A DNA stretch of 64,000 nucleotides from an uncultured Anaerolineales bacterium. GTDB taxonomy: Bacteria > Chloroflexota > Anaerolineae > B4-G1. The notes under the pieces are model-generated. The model worked only from the letters and a program-made list of their open reading frames with translations, was not told the origin of the DNA and made no database searches. The stretch spans positions 13,216-77,215 of the forward strand of contig CAYVCX010000007.1 in assembly GCA_964450435.1 (NCBI GenBank). Reading direction: 5' to 3'. Each line of letters begins with the position of its first letter. The first letter of the stretch is position 1. A program made the translations under genes and the position numbers. Shown here in pieces: positions 48,822 to 58,368 of the stretch.

Positions 48822-50064
48822 CTAGCCAACAAACTCGGTCACCTCGCCCCCCGGGATACGCCGCCACTCTCCGCTGTTCACGTCCAGGACCCCCCGCGGC
48901 TTGATCTGCGCGGTGTCGGAGTGGCCCCGCGTCTCCCAGTACCCGGGGATCGAGCGGTCGACCAGGCTGATGGCAACAGGGTAACGACCGCTGACAGCCC
49001 GCTTCAGAATGGCCATATCCACCTCATGGGAGCCAGTGAAGGTCCAGCCATTGACGTCCCGATTGTCCTCCAGTTCCTGGCCTACCAGGCTGCCGCGGCC
49101 ACTGAGGTAATTGAAGACTCCGTCAGGTAGACGCGCATCGGCAAAAAGCTGAGCCGTCTTCCAGCCACCAAGCGGCGTGTCCGAACCGGCCTTAGACACG
49201 ACCGTGTTGCCCGTCATCAATGGCGCCGCTACGGATGCCGCCGACAGAGCCACCGGGAAGTTGAAGGGAGAAAGCACGACCCACACGCCGTAGGGACGCA
49301 GCACGCTGGCGTTGTGTTCGTCTGGATCATCCGGAATGGATCTCCCCATCTCTCGGATGAAGCCATCGTTGCGCTCCATCGCATCGGCATAATAGCGGAG
49401 CAGCGCGACGGTCTCCCCACTCTCAAGGAGGGCCTCCGGCCGGCTCTTGCCTACCTCGAAGACCATGAGGGAAGCCAGATCAAGACTGTTGTCACAAATA
49501 CTACAACCTCATCTGCTGCTAAGAGACTTCCGAAGTCTGCATGACAATGCTAGACAGATCAGGAATCGTTCTGTGAGCATCCTTAGACCGGGTTGGGCTT
49601 TGGACTCTAAGACTTCGGAAGTCTGCCTCTCTAGCAAGTGCGGTTGTAGTGCTAAGCCGCCTGGCCACATCGCGGACCATCGCTACCCGTTCCTGCCAGG
49701 GGGTCCGGCGCCACGTGGGGAAGGCCGCCGCGGCTGCTTCAATTGCCTCTCGTGCATCCTCGACGTCACCTTTCTGAGCAGCGCATAGATGGAGACCGGT
49801 GGCGAACGGGCTGAAGCTGTCCAACGTCTCGCCGGCATAGATTTCCTCGCCGTCGATGAACGGAGGCACCTCTGCGCCCAACCAGTCCCTTCTGACGCGA
49901 GCAAGCGCCCGGTCAAAAGCTGACTGGAGCTGCTCATCGTCGGCCGCGCCCGATAGCGTCGCGTAGGAGATTCTGACGTCCTGAACCATGCAATGCCCCT
50001 CTTCTAACCCGATCGATGCCGCGACCTGCTCCGGCATTGACCGGGGCATTTGCGCACCTCTCAA
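48822..50064 (-). pseudogene. Decayed aldehyde dehydrogenase (1-pyrroline-5-carboxylate dehydrogenase-like): split by a 151-bp insertion and lacking the catalytic C-terminal half
   Basis: Two ORF fragments in different frames (49519-50064 and 48822-49466) carry ALDH N-terminal and middle motifs (...WRRTPWQERVAMVRDVA / MVFEVGKSRPEAL...LSPFNFP...FTGS). Neither the ELGGK nor the catalytic Cys region is present before bcp. Confidence 0.8.
49500..49650. mobile_element. 151-bp MITE/PATE-like palindromic insertion
   Basis: Perfect 9-bp termini ACTACAACC / GGTTGTAGT. Each arm carries AGACTTC(C/G)GAAGTCT. GC is locally lower. Deleting exactly these 151 bp joins the two ALDH frames. Confidence 0.7.
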
Positions 50065-50067
50065 GCG

Positions 50068-50298
50068 CTACTTGCTCTTCACGTCAATGCGAACCGTCTT
50101 CGTCTCCTCCCCCTCCTCCGTCGCGCAAAGCTCACACTCGGCCACTTCCGCCGCGTTGAGCACGCACAGACACCCCGCGTTCTCGGGATGACGACAGATA
50201 TAGGTTCGCTGCAGCACGCCTCGCGAATGCGAGTAATACTGCTCACACTCAACATATCGGCATTCGCAAGCCACCTCGACGATCTGTCTGGGACTCAC
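50068..50298 (-). CDS. Cys-rich 76-aa protein of unknown function (8 Cys)
   Basis: GTG start 8 nt after a strong GAGAGGAGG RBS. Sequence CECRYVEC...C...C.C...C..C. It sits between lpdA and the ALDH remnant. Confidence 0.6.
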   Translation of the reverse strand: MSPRQIVEVACECRYVECEQYYSHSRGVLQRTYICRHPENAGCLCVLNAAEVAECELCATEEGEETKTVRIDVKSK

Positions 50299-50356
50299 CT
50301 CAGTACCTCCTCTCTAGTCAGGTCTCAGACGCGCGTCAACACGTCAGTCATACTGC

Positions 50357-51790
50357 TCACTCCCGGCGCGACAGGATGTGCGTCGCCAGGCCCAGGAAGG
50401 CCTCAGCAGCCTCGCCCACCGTCTCAGAAAGAGTGGGGTGGGGGTGAACCGTCAGGGCCAGATCGTCAGCCACAGCTCCCATCTCAACAGCCAGAGCACC
50501 CTCCGCGATCATATCCTCAGCACCCCGGCCCGCGATTCCAACTCCCAGCACCCGCTCCGTGTCGGCATCGAAGACGATCTTCGTCAACCCCAGGGTTCGA
50601 CCCATCGTCACTGCCCGTCCCGAGGCCGTCCACCGGAAAGTGCCTACCGCAACGTCATAGCCTTGTTCAGCGGCCTGCGCCTCCGAGAGGCCGCACCACG
50701 CGATTTGTGGGTCGGTATATACGACGGCGGGCATGCATCGCACGTCGAAAGCTGCTGGCTCTCCAGCGATGACCTCCGCTGCGATCTTGCCCTCATGCAT
50801 CGCTTTGTGAGCCAGCATCGGACCACCCACCACATCACCGACAGCGAAAATGTGCTCATCGTGGGTGCGCCGCTCTTCGTCTACGATGATGAAACCGTCC
50901 TCATCAAGGTGCACCCCTGTGTTTTCCAACCCGATGCCCTGCGAGTTGGGGCGCCGTCCGATGGCGACGAGAACCCGATCGAACGTCTGTTCCGGTTCGT
51001 CCACGTCCCCCTTCAACGTGACCGTGACGCCGTCCTCGTGCTCCTCCGTCGACTCCACCGTGGTGTTCAGATGGACGGCGTCATACACTTGTCGTGAGCG
51101 GCGTTCCAGGTACCTGACCAGATCGCGGTCCACGCCTGGGAGTATCTCGTCGGCCATCTCAACCACTGTCACTCGGCTCCCCAGGATGGCGTAGGCCGAT
51201 CCGAGCTCCATCCCATTGAATCCAGCGCCGACGACCAGGAGGGTCTCAGGGATGTCGGGCAAAGCCAGCGCGCCCTTGGAGCTCATGATCCGGGTCCCCT
51301 GCTTGAACTCGGTGCCAGGCAGAGGAATCGGGCTCGATCCGCTGGCCAGAATGGCCTGATCGTACTTCACGTGTGCAACATCCGCCTGACCCTGCAGCCG
51401 CACATGGTCCGGGCCTTCGAACACCGCGCGTGCGTGGATTATCTGTACATCACGCTGCTCCGCAAGCTTCTCCACTCCATTCACCAGCCGGTCGACTACC
51501 AGATTCTTGCGCTCCCGTAAGGCGTCCACGTCGATCTCAACCTCGCCGTAATTGATGCCCCAGTCACGGGCTTCGCGCCCGTCGTGAACCAGGGTTGACA
51601 TCTCGAGAAGCACCTTGGTGGGGATGCAACCTCGCAACAGGCAGACCCCGCCCAGCCGCTCCTCCTGGTTGATCAGCGCCACCTCAAAGCCCAGATCGGC
51701 CGCTCGGAAGGCCGATGCATAGCCGCCGGGGCCGCCCCCAATCACTGCGACCTCAGTCTCCAACGTCTGCTCTCCCATGACCATAGACAA
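50357..51790 (-). CDS. lpdA: Dihydrolipoyl dehydrogenase (E3)
   Basis: VIGGGPGGY, GGVCLLRGCIPTK (redox disulfide), HPHPTLSE. Confidence 0.96.
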   Translation of the reverse strand: MSMVMGEQTLETEVAVIGGGPGGYASAFRAADLGFEVALINQEERLGGVCLLRGCIPTKVLLEMSTLVHDGREARDWGINYGEVEIDVDALRERKNLVVDRLVNGVEKLAEQRDVQIIHARAVFEGPDHVRLQGQADVAHVKYDQAILASGSSPIPLPGTEFKQGTRIMSSKGALALPDIPETLLVVGAGFNGMELGSAYAILGSRVTVVEMADEILPGVDRDLVRYLERRSRQVYDAVHLNTTVESTEEHEDGVTVTLKGDVDEPEQTFDRVLVAIGRRPNSQGIGLENTGVHLDEDGFIIVDEERRTHDEHIFAVGDVVGGPMLAHKAMHEGKIAAEVIAGEPAAFDVRCMPAVVYTDPQIAWCGLSEAQAAEQGYDVAVGTFRWTASGRAVTMGRTLGLTKIVFDADTERVLGVGIAGRGAEDMIAEGALAVEMGAVADDLALTVHPHPTLSETVGEAAEAFLGLATHILSRRE

Positions 51791-51849
51791 TGCCCTCCCA
51801 AAGAGACCCGCGCCGTCCGTAGACGGTACGACAAAACCGGACCTCGGAG

Positions 51850-53154
51850 CTACATCGTGAGTAGCATGTGCTCCGGAGTCTCCAGAGCATCTTTCACCAC
51901 ACCCATGAAGCGCGCAGCGTCGGCGCCATCAACCACGCGGTGGTCAAAGGCAACCATAAGCGGCAGCATGTACCGGGGCTCCGTCTCGAATTCGCCCTCC
52001 TCGTTGCGCCGCACCATCGGTTCCCACCGTGCCCGGGCCATCCCCATTATGGCCACCTCAGGAAAGTTGATGATCGGGAAGAACCCAGTCCCCCCAAGGA
52101 TGCCGATGTTCGTGATCGTGAACGTGCCGCCTTGCAGATCGTCCAGTGTGGCCTCCCCAGAGCGCGTGCGCTCCACCATCTCAACCAACTCAACCGAGAG
52201 TTGACTGATGCTCTTTCTATCGACGTCGCGGATGACCGGGACCAACAATCCACGGTCGGTATCCACGGCAATCCCGATATGATAATACTGCTTCAGGATG
52301 ATCTCCTCATTCTGGGGATCCAGGCTGGCGTTGAACCGCGGATGCTCCTTGAGGGCAGCCACAACAGCCTTCATTGCAAAGATCGTAGGGGTCAGCTTAC
52401 CACCTTTCTCCTCAATCCGATCCCTGTGCCTGCGGCGGAAACGCTCCAACTCGGTGATATCCGCCTTGTCCTGATGGTTGACGTGCGGAATCTGAGACCA
52501 TGCCAGTGCCATCTGCTTCGCCGTCGCCCGGCGGACCGAACGGAGCGGCATCCGCTCAATCTCCCCCCAGCGGGTAAAGTCCGGCAGTCTCGGGACCCTG
52601 TCGTGGGGAACTACCTTCGGCAGCTCGATCGGCGCTCGTTCAACCGCTTCTTCCGGAGGCACCGGAGCCTCTTCCTCCTCCTTCTCGGAGAAGGCCCGGA
52701 CGTCCTCAGACGTCACTCGACCAGCGGGGCCGCTGGGCAGCACGTCCTGCAGATCGACCCCCAGCTCACGGGCGAGGCGCCGGGTCGAGGGTGAGGCGGG
52801 GACGGGACGTCCACGCTCCGGAGGACGCTCAGGAGCTACCTCCTCCACCTGTACAACTTCTTCCGGCGCTTCTTTGGGCGGCGGTTCCTCGGCTTCTGCC
52901 GCCTCTGCTTCCTCCTCGCCACCGCTGAACCTGATGAGCGTGTCTCCCACGTAGACCATATCGCCGGGCTCGACCTCGATCCCAGTGACCTCCCCACTGT
53001 ACGGTGACGGAATCTCAACCGAGGCTTTGTCCGTCTCCACCACTAGGATGTCATCGCCCTCCTCGACCTGGTCGCCGACGGCGACCAGAACTTCGATGAT
53101 CTCACCCTCGTGGATACCCTCTCCCAGATCCGGAAGCTCAAATGTTCGGGCCAT
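51850..53154 (-). CDS. Dihydrolipoamide acyltransferase (E2)
   Basis: Lipoyl domain VETDKASVEIPSP, the PSBD, and the catalytic domain with DHRVVDG. Confidence 0.95.
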   Translation of the reverse strand: MARTFELPDLGEGIHEGEIIEVLVAVGDQVEEGDDILVVETDKASVEIPSPYSGEVTGIEVEPGDMVYVGDTLIRFSGGEEEAEAAEAEEPPPKEAPEEVVQVEEVAPERPPERGRPVPASPSTRRLARELGVDLQDVLPSGPAGRVTSEDVRAFSEKEEEEAPVPPEEAVERAPIELPKVVPHDRVPRLPDFTRWGEIERMPLRSVRRATAKQMALAWSQIPHVNHQDKADITELERFRRRHRDRIEEKGGKLTPTIFAMKAVVAALKEHPRFNASLDPQNEEIILKQYYHIGIAVDTDRGLLVPVIRDVDRKSISQLSVELVEMVERTRSGEATLDDLQGGTFTITNIGILGGTGFFPIINFPEVAIMGMARARWEPMVRRNEEGEFETEPRYMLPLMVAFDHRVVDGADAARFMGVVKDALETPEHMLLTM

Positions 53155-53280
53155 GTTCGTGCAGCCTCCTTACTCGCGCTGTCGCTTCGGTACCATCAGT
53201 CTCTGAGTACGCCCGGGTGCGCCTGCAGTCGCCGAACCATCTGACGATGGGCAGAGGGCGCTTGAACGTCGGGCTCTATC

Positions 53281-54267
53281 TTACGCCGAGATCTCCAACG
53301 TCTCTCGTGCCGCCCGGAGAACACGCTCGGCGCTGGGCAGATAGGCCTTCTCGTACGCAAAAAGCGGGATGATTACGTCGTACCCGCTCACCCGCCGGAT
53401 CGGCGCTTCGAGGTACCAGAACGACTTCTCTACCAGTCGCGCCACAATCTCCGCGCCAGGACCGAAACTGCGCGGCGCTTCGTGGATGACCACGACCCGC
53501 CCGGTCTTCCTGGCCGACTCAGCAAAGGTCTCGTGGTCCAGGGGAGCGACGGTCAGGACATCGATCACCTCCGCCTCGACCCCATCGGCCTGCTTCAGTC
53601 TTTCTGCCGCCTCCAGTGTGGGGCGCATCATGGCGCCATAGGAGATCAAGGTAATGTCATCCCCCTGCCGGGCGACCTGCGCCTTGCCGATAGGCCAGGT
53701 CTCCTCCTGCTCCGGCACGTCCTCGCGGAAGGCGCGGTAGACGGCCTTCGGCTCGTAGAATATCACCGGGTCGGGGTCCCGAATGGCGCTCACCAGCAGA
53801 GCCCGGGCGTTACGGGGGCCGGAGGGGATCACCATCTTGAGCCCCGGCGTGTGTGCCCAGTAGACCTCGCGGCTCTCCGAATGATGCTCCAGCGCCCGAA
53901 CGCCGCCGCTGTAAGGGGTGCGCAGCACCATAGGCACCGTGTAGGCCCCCCGCGTCCGCCAACGCATGCGAGCGGCGTGGGCCTCCAGTTGCTGGAAGGC
54001 CAGGTAGCTGAAGCCTGAGAACTGAATCTCGCAGACCGGCCTCAGCCCATAGATGGCCATGCCGATGGAGGTGCCGACGATGCCTGCCTCCGCGAGAGGC
54101 GTATCCATCACGCGACCCTCGCCGAACGCGTCGAGAAGCCCATCGGTGACACGGAAGACCCCGCCGTCAACCGCCACGTCCTCTCCCAGGACGACGATGC
54201 TATCATCCTGCTCCATCTCCTGATAGAGCGCCGTGTTGAGCGCATTGACCATCGTCATCTTAGGCAT
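53281..54267 (-). CDS. 2-oxoacid dehydrogenase E1 beta subunit
   Basis: MPKMTMVNALNTALYQEMEQDDSIVVLGEDV. The internal ATG overlaps the E1-alpha stop by 8 nt. The track ORF is over-extended. Confidence 0.93.
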   Translation of the reverse strand: MPKMTMVNALNTALYQEMEQDDSIVVLGEDVAVDGGVFRVTDGLLDAFGEGRVMDTPLAEAGIVGTSIGMAIYGLRPVCEIQFSGFSYLAFQQLEAHAARMRWRTRGAYTVPMVLRTPYSGGVRALEHHSESREVYWAHTPGLKMVIPSGPRNARALLVSAIRDPDPVIFYEPKAVYRAFREDVPEQEETWPIGKAQVARQGDDITLISYGAMMRPTLEAAERLKQADGVEAEVIDVLTVAPLDHETFAESARKTGRVVVIHEAPRSFGPGAEIVARLVEKSFWYLEAPIRRVSGYDVIIPLFAYEKAYLPSAERVLRAARETLEISA

Positions 54268-55441
54268 CGCTCGCCTCCTTCGCGTCGAGTTGCGCCGCCA
54301 GCTCATCTCGCTGCTCCTGCAGATACGGAGGCATCTCGGCGTACATATGGTCGAACATCGTGAGCTCCTGATCGCCGAGCTCCTCCATCCGCTGTTCGGC
54401 GCGATCCACCGCCTCCTGAATCTCGGCCTTGATCTGCTCCTCCAACTCCCCGATATCGTCATCCGAGAGCAGGCCTTTCTGCTTCAGATACTTCTGGAAG
54501 CGAGAGATGGGCTCCCGTCGCTCCCAACTCTCCACCTCCTCCTCGTCCCGGTAGCGTTTTGGATCGTCGGCCGTGGTGTGCATCGAAAGGCGATAGGTGA
54601 CACACTCGATCATAGTGGGCCCCTGGCCCGCGCGGGCTCGTTCAGCGGCCTCTGCCGCAGCAAGATAGACGGCGAGAACGTCGTTCCCGTCGACCTGTCG
54701 ACCCGGCATACCATAAGCCAGAGCCTTCTGGGCCAAGGTCTTCGAGTTCGTCTGGCGGGAGCGCGGCAGGGAGATCGCCCACTGGTTGTTCTGGCAGACG
54801 AAGATGGTGGGGGTCTGCCACACACCGGCAAAATTCATAGCTTCGTGGAAATCACCTTCGGAAGTCGCGCCGTCGCCGAAGAAGGTGACCACCACGTCGT
54901 CTTTTCCGCGGTACTTGATCCCGTAGGAAAGCCCGACAGCGTGGAGAGGCTGCGTGCCCACGGGCACGGCCACAGGGAGGTTCCGGGTATCCTCGGGGAG
55001 TTCGTTGCCCTGGTAGAACCCCCCATAGACGAGCAAGAAGCTCTCCATTGACTGCCCGCGCCACAGGGACGCCGCCTGCTCACGGAAGGATGGCACCAGC
55101 CAATCCGAATCCCGCAGGGCCGCCACAATCCCCAGCTGGGCCGCCTCCTGGCCCTTGATCGGGGCGAAGGTTCCAATACGTCCCTGCCGCTGCAGCTGGA
55201 GCATCCGCTCGTCGAAGCGCCGCGCCAGTACCATCGTGCGGTGCAGGCGGAGCAGCCGGTCCTCAGGGATATCCGGTTCAAGATCCTCGTCCAGCAGGTT
55301 CCCATCCTCATCCAGAACGGACAGGTACTCTGTCTTGTGAGGGATATCGATGACGTCTCTGGGCACAGGGGTCCTCCTTCGGGCTGCAGTGCGGCGATGA
55401 TCCAGCCGGGGCTCCCGGGATTCATCCGCCGATGACGGCAT
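54260..55441 (-). CDS. 2-oxoacid dehydrogenase E1 alpha subunit (TPP-dependent)
   Basis: FFGDGATSEGDFHEAMNFA (TPP motif), YRLSMHTTADD. Confidence 0.93.
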   Translation of the reverse strand: MPSSADESREPRLDHRRTAARRRTPVPRDVIDIPHKTEYLSVLDEDGNLLDEDLEPDIPEDRLLRLHRTMVLARRFDERMLQLQRQGRIGTFAPIKGQEAAQLGIVAALRDSDWLVPSFREQAASLWRGQSMESFLLVYGGFYQGNELPEDTRNLPVAVPVGTQPLHAVGLSYGIKYRGKDDVVVTFFGDGATSEGDFHEAMNFAGVWQTPTIFVCQNNQWAISLPRSRQTNSKTLAQKALAYGMPGRQVDGNDVLAVYLAAAEAAERARAGQGPTMIECVTYRLSMHTTADDPKRYRDEEEVESWERREPISRFQKYLKQKGLLSDDDIGELEEQIKAEIQEAVDRAEQRMEELGDQELTMFDHMYAEMPPYLQEQRDELAAQLDAKEASDA

Positions 55442-55445
55442 AGGC

Positions 55446-56318
55446 TTACATGATCTCCGCGCACAGAGCCTGTATCTGCTGCTCGGTCAGTATCGACAGC
55501 GGCTGCTCTGCCAGCGGGCCAGCTTCGAGAGCCGGGACTTGCTCCTCGTAGCTCGGGAGCGACGGATCCCGGTAGAATATGCCGATGGGAATCCGCTCGC
55601 CCCATTCACGTGCCCTCCGCGACGCCGCTGCGTGGTCGCCAGGATCGTAACCCTCTTCCTCCTGCAGCTTGTAGACGCGCTCTCTGTAGAAGGCGTAGGC
55701 GTAGGAGCGATTCCACGTCACACACGGCTGCAACACGTCTACCAGCGCATACCCCGGATGATCCAGCGCCTGTCCGATGAGCCAGGCCAAATGCTGGACC
55801 TCACCGGAGTAGCCCCGGGAGACAAAGGTCGCGCCGACGGTGAGCGCCAGCGCAGGTGGGTTCACCGGCCGCTCGATTGATCCCCCAGGCGAGGTGGGGG
55901 TCTCCTTCCCTCTCTCGCTGGTAGGCGAATACTGCCCCTTTGTCAGGCCGTAGATGCGGTTGTCCTGCACGATGTCGACCAGATTCACGTTGCGCCGGGC
56001 GGTCTGGATGAAATGATTCATTCCTTCGTTGAAGCTGTCTCCATCTCCGTGCACGGCGATCACAGGCAACCCGTGATTGGCCAGACGGGCGCCGGTCGCC
56101 AGGGCCAGCGTCCGTCCGTGCAGCCCGTGGAAGCCGGTGCTGCGCATGTAGTGAGGCAGTTTGCTTCCGCAACCGACCCCCGTGGCGAAGAAGACCTCGT
56201 GAGGGGCAACGTCGCGTTCGGCCAGGGCCATCTTGATAGCGCTGAGAATGGCGAAGTTGCCACAGCCAGCGCACCACGTGGGCAGGGTCTCGGACTTGAA
56301 GTCCTTAAGGGATACCAT
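55446..56318 (-). CDS. 2-oxoacid:ferredoxin oxidoreductase beta subunit (KorB-like, TPP-binding)
   Basis: MVSLKDFKSETLPTWCAGCGNFAIL...GDGD. Start at the internal ATG 5 nt after the alpha stop. Confidence 0.92.
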   Translation of the reverse strand: MVSLKDFKSETLPTWCAGCGNFAILSAIKMALAERDVAPHEVFFATGVGCGSKLPHYMRSTGFHGLHGRTLALATGARLANHGLPVIAVHGDGDSFNEGMNHFIQTARRNVNLVDIVQDNRIYGLTKGQYSPTSERGKETPTSPGGSIERPVNPPALALTVGATFVSRGYSGEVQHLAWLIGQALDHPGYALVDVLQPCVTWNRSYAYAFYRERVYKLQEEEGYDPGDHAAASRRAREWGERIPIGIFYRDPSLPSYEEQVPALEAGPLAEQPLSILTEQQIQALCAEIM

Positions 56319-56322
56319 CGGC

Positions 56323-58062
56323 TCACACCTCCGACAGGTGGGTGACAATGTACTCCGGGCTGAAGGGCCGACCATCGTACTTGCGGATCGATCCGTCCAT
56401 TGAGAGCCCCGTGCGGGCGCGAATCAGCGTCTCCAGCTGACCGGTCGCGTTCCCCTCCACGACGATGGTCCGTCGCGCTTGCTCCAGGGTCTCCGCGCCT
56501 CCCGGCGGGAACGGATGCAGGGCGCTGAAGTGGAGCCCGTTGGCTCGGTGGGGCTGTTCCTCATTCAACCGGTCGATCGCTTCCCGCAGCGGACCGTAGG
56601 TGGAGCCCCAGCTCACAAACGTCACATCGGCTTGTGCGGATCCGTACCGTCTCGGAGCCGGCACCTCCGCCGCCATGCCATCCATCTTCCGCATGCGTTT
56701 GTCAGCCTGAGCAATGCGCATCTCGGCCTCCTCCGTGATGGCGCCGAACTCGTCGTGCTCGTTGGCAGTGGAGACCCAGACGGCGCTGGGGTGCCCGGGC
56801 AGAGCTCGGGGCGAGACGCCCGACTCCGTGATCTGGTACCGCTTGTAGGGCTGCTCCAACGCGTCCAGCTCCTCGTTGCTGAGCAGCTCGCCGCGGTCGA
56901 TTTCGACCTGGTCGAACCCGAGGGCATCACGCTCCACCGTGCGGTAGGCCGCCGCCAGGTAGTGATCGCTGAGCACCAGTGCTGGCGTCTGGTACCGCTC
57001 CGCCAGATTGAACGCCTGCCAGCCGATCTGGAACGACTCCTCCAACGTGCCAGGCGCGAGCACGAAACGAGGGAATTCACCCTGGGCGGCGTGCATCACG
57101 AAGAGCATATCTCCCTGCTCCGTGCGTGTCGCCAGGCCTGTGGCAGGCCCGGGCCGCTGGGCATTGTACACGACCACGGGGACCTCGGTCATGCCAGCCA
57201 GGCCCAACGCCTCCACCATGAGCGAGAAGCCCCCGCCAGACGTAGGACACATCGCCCGGACCCCCATGTGACCGGCGCCGACGGCCATATTCATCGCGGC
57301 GATCTCGCTCTCCGTGTGCTTGATCACGGCCCCGTACTCGTCCCCGTGCGCGGCGAACCAGTGGAGGACGGGCGAACCGGGGGTCATCGGGTATGTGGCC
57401 ACGAAGCGGCAGCCACCGGCCAACGCCCCGAGTGCGAAAGCCTCGTTTCCGTTCAGGATCATGCGGGACGGCGCATCGGCCCGCGCTTGCATCCGGAACG
57501 GGAAGTCTGGCTGGAATGGTTGGGCGGCCTCAGCGCCAGCCTCCGCCACGCGGAGGTTGGCGTCGATAACCTTCTGCCCCTTCGGGGCGAAGTTGTCGCG
57601 GATGACGCTGTCCAGGTACGTCAGATCAAACCCGATCAGACCAGCTGCCACACCGAAGGCCACCGTGTTGCGCATGATCTCACGGCCGCCCAGCTCCTCG
57701 GCCAACTCGGTGAGGGGAACGGGAAAGAAGCTGACGTTGGATCGTTGAAGCTCATCGGGGATCTCCTCGCCTTCGTCGTAGACGACGGCACCCCCGTCGA
57801 CAATCTGAGCGACGTGACGTCGGACGGTCTCCAGGTCCAGCGCCAGAACGAGATGAACAGACTCGGCGTGGGAGTAGAGGGGCTCCTGAGATACCCGGAC
57901 TGAGAAGAAGTTATGTCCCCCCCGGATGCGAGAGTAGTAATCTGGCAGTCCGTGGACGTAGAGGCCTCCGCGGGTCAGGGCCTTGGAGAAGCCCACGCCG
58001 CTCGACTCCAGGCCCATCCCGGCTTCACCGCCGATGCGAATGGTGATTGCGTTGGTTGACAT
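56323..58062 (-). CDS. 2-oxoacid:ferredoxin oxidoreductase alpha subunit (KorA-like, fused gamma-alpha)
   Basis: ITIRIGGEAGMGLESSG..., YPMTPGSP. Confidence 0.92.
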   Translation of the reverse strand: MSTNAITIRIGGEAGMGLESSGVGFSKALTRGGLYVHGLPDYYSRIRGGHNFFSVRVSQEPLYSHAESVHLVLALDLETVRRHVAQIVDGGAVVYDEGEEIPDELQRSNVSFFPVPLTELAEELGGREIMRNTVAFGVAAGLIGFDLTYLDSVIRDNFAPKGQKVIDANLRVAEAGAEAAQPFQPDFPFRMQARADAPSRMILNGNEAFALGALAGGCRFVATYPMTPGSPVLHWFAAHGDEYGAVIKHTESEIAAMNMAVGAGHMGVRAMCPTSGGGFSLMVEALGLAGMTEVPVVVYNAQRPGPATGLATRTEQGDMLFVMHAAQGEFPRFVLAPGTLEESFQIGWQAFNLAERYQTPALVLSDHYLAAAYRTVERDALGFDQVEIDRGELLSNEELDALEQPYKRYQITESGVSPRALPGHPSAVWVSTANEHDEFGAITEEAEMRIAQADKRMRKMDGMAAEVPAPRRYGSAQADVTFVSWGSTYGPLREAIDRLNEEQPHRANGLHFSALHPFPPGGAETLEQARRTIVVEGNATGQLETLIRARTGLSMDGSIRKYDGRPFSPEYIVTHLSEV

Positions 58063-58252
58063 ACTGTCTCCTTGTAAGAACCCCTGTCACGCCGCACGAT
58101 TGCTGGGACGAGGAAGCCCTCGCGGCCCGTGCTGGGTGCTCACTAGGCGCCCCAGCCGGGGTTGCACGACCTTGCCGTGTCGAGCACGCCCAGCGGGAAC
58201 AAACGCTCCGGTTGCCGCCTCATGTCCCGTTGATCGGACCAGACCCACGTTG

Positions 58253-58261
58253 ATTCTAGCA
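58253..58261 (-). promoter_or_regulatory. Extended -10 TGcTAGAAT upstream of the OFOR/dehydrogenase operon
   Basis: Minus strand reads ctgTGcTAGAATcaa, about 190 nt upstream of the ATG at 58062. No clear -35. Confidence 0.4.
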
Positions 58262-58322
58262 CAGATACTGGGGCCGAGCCGCTGCCCTGCGTTGGAGCCG
58301 GCGTTGGCTTCGGTTGAGTAAG

Positions 58323-58341
58323 GTTGGAATACCGTTGGAAT
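58323..58341. promoter_or_regulatory. Direct repeat GTTGGAAT x2 with 11-bp periodicity
   Basis: GTTGGAAT at 58323-58330 and 58334-58341, about 65-85 nt upstream of the putative -10. Confidence 0.35.
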
Positions 58342-58368
58342 CCAGCTCGACCACAAACTGGAACGGCG

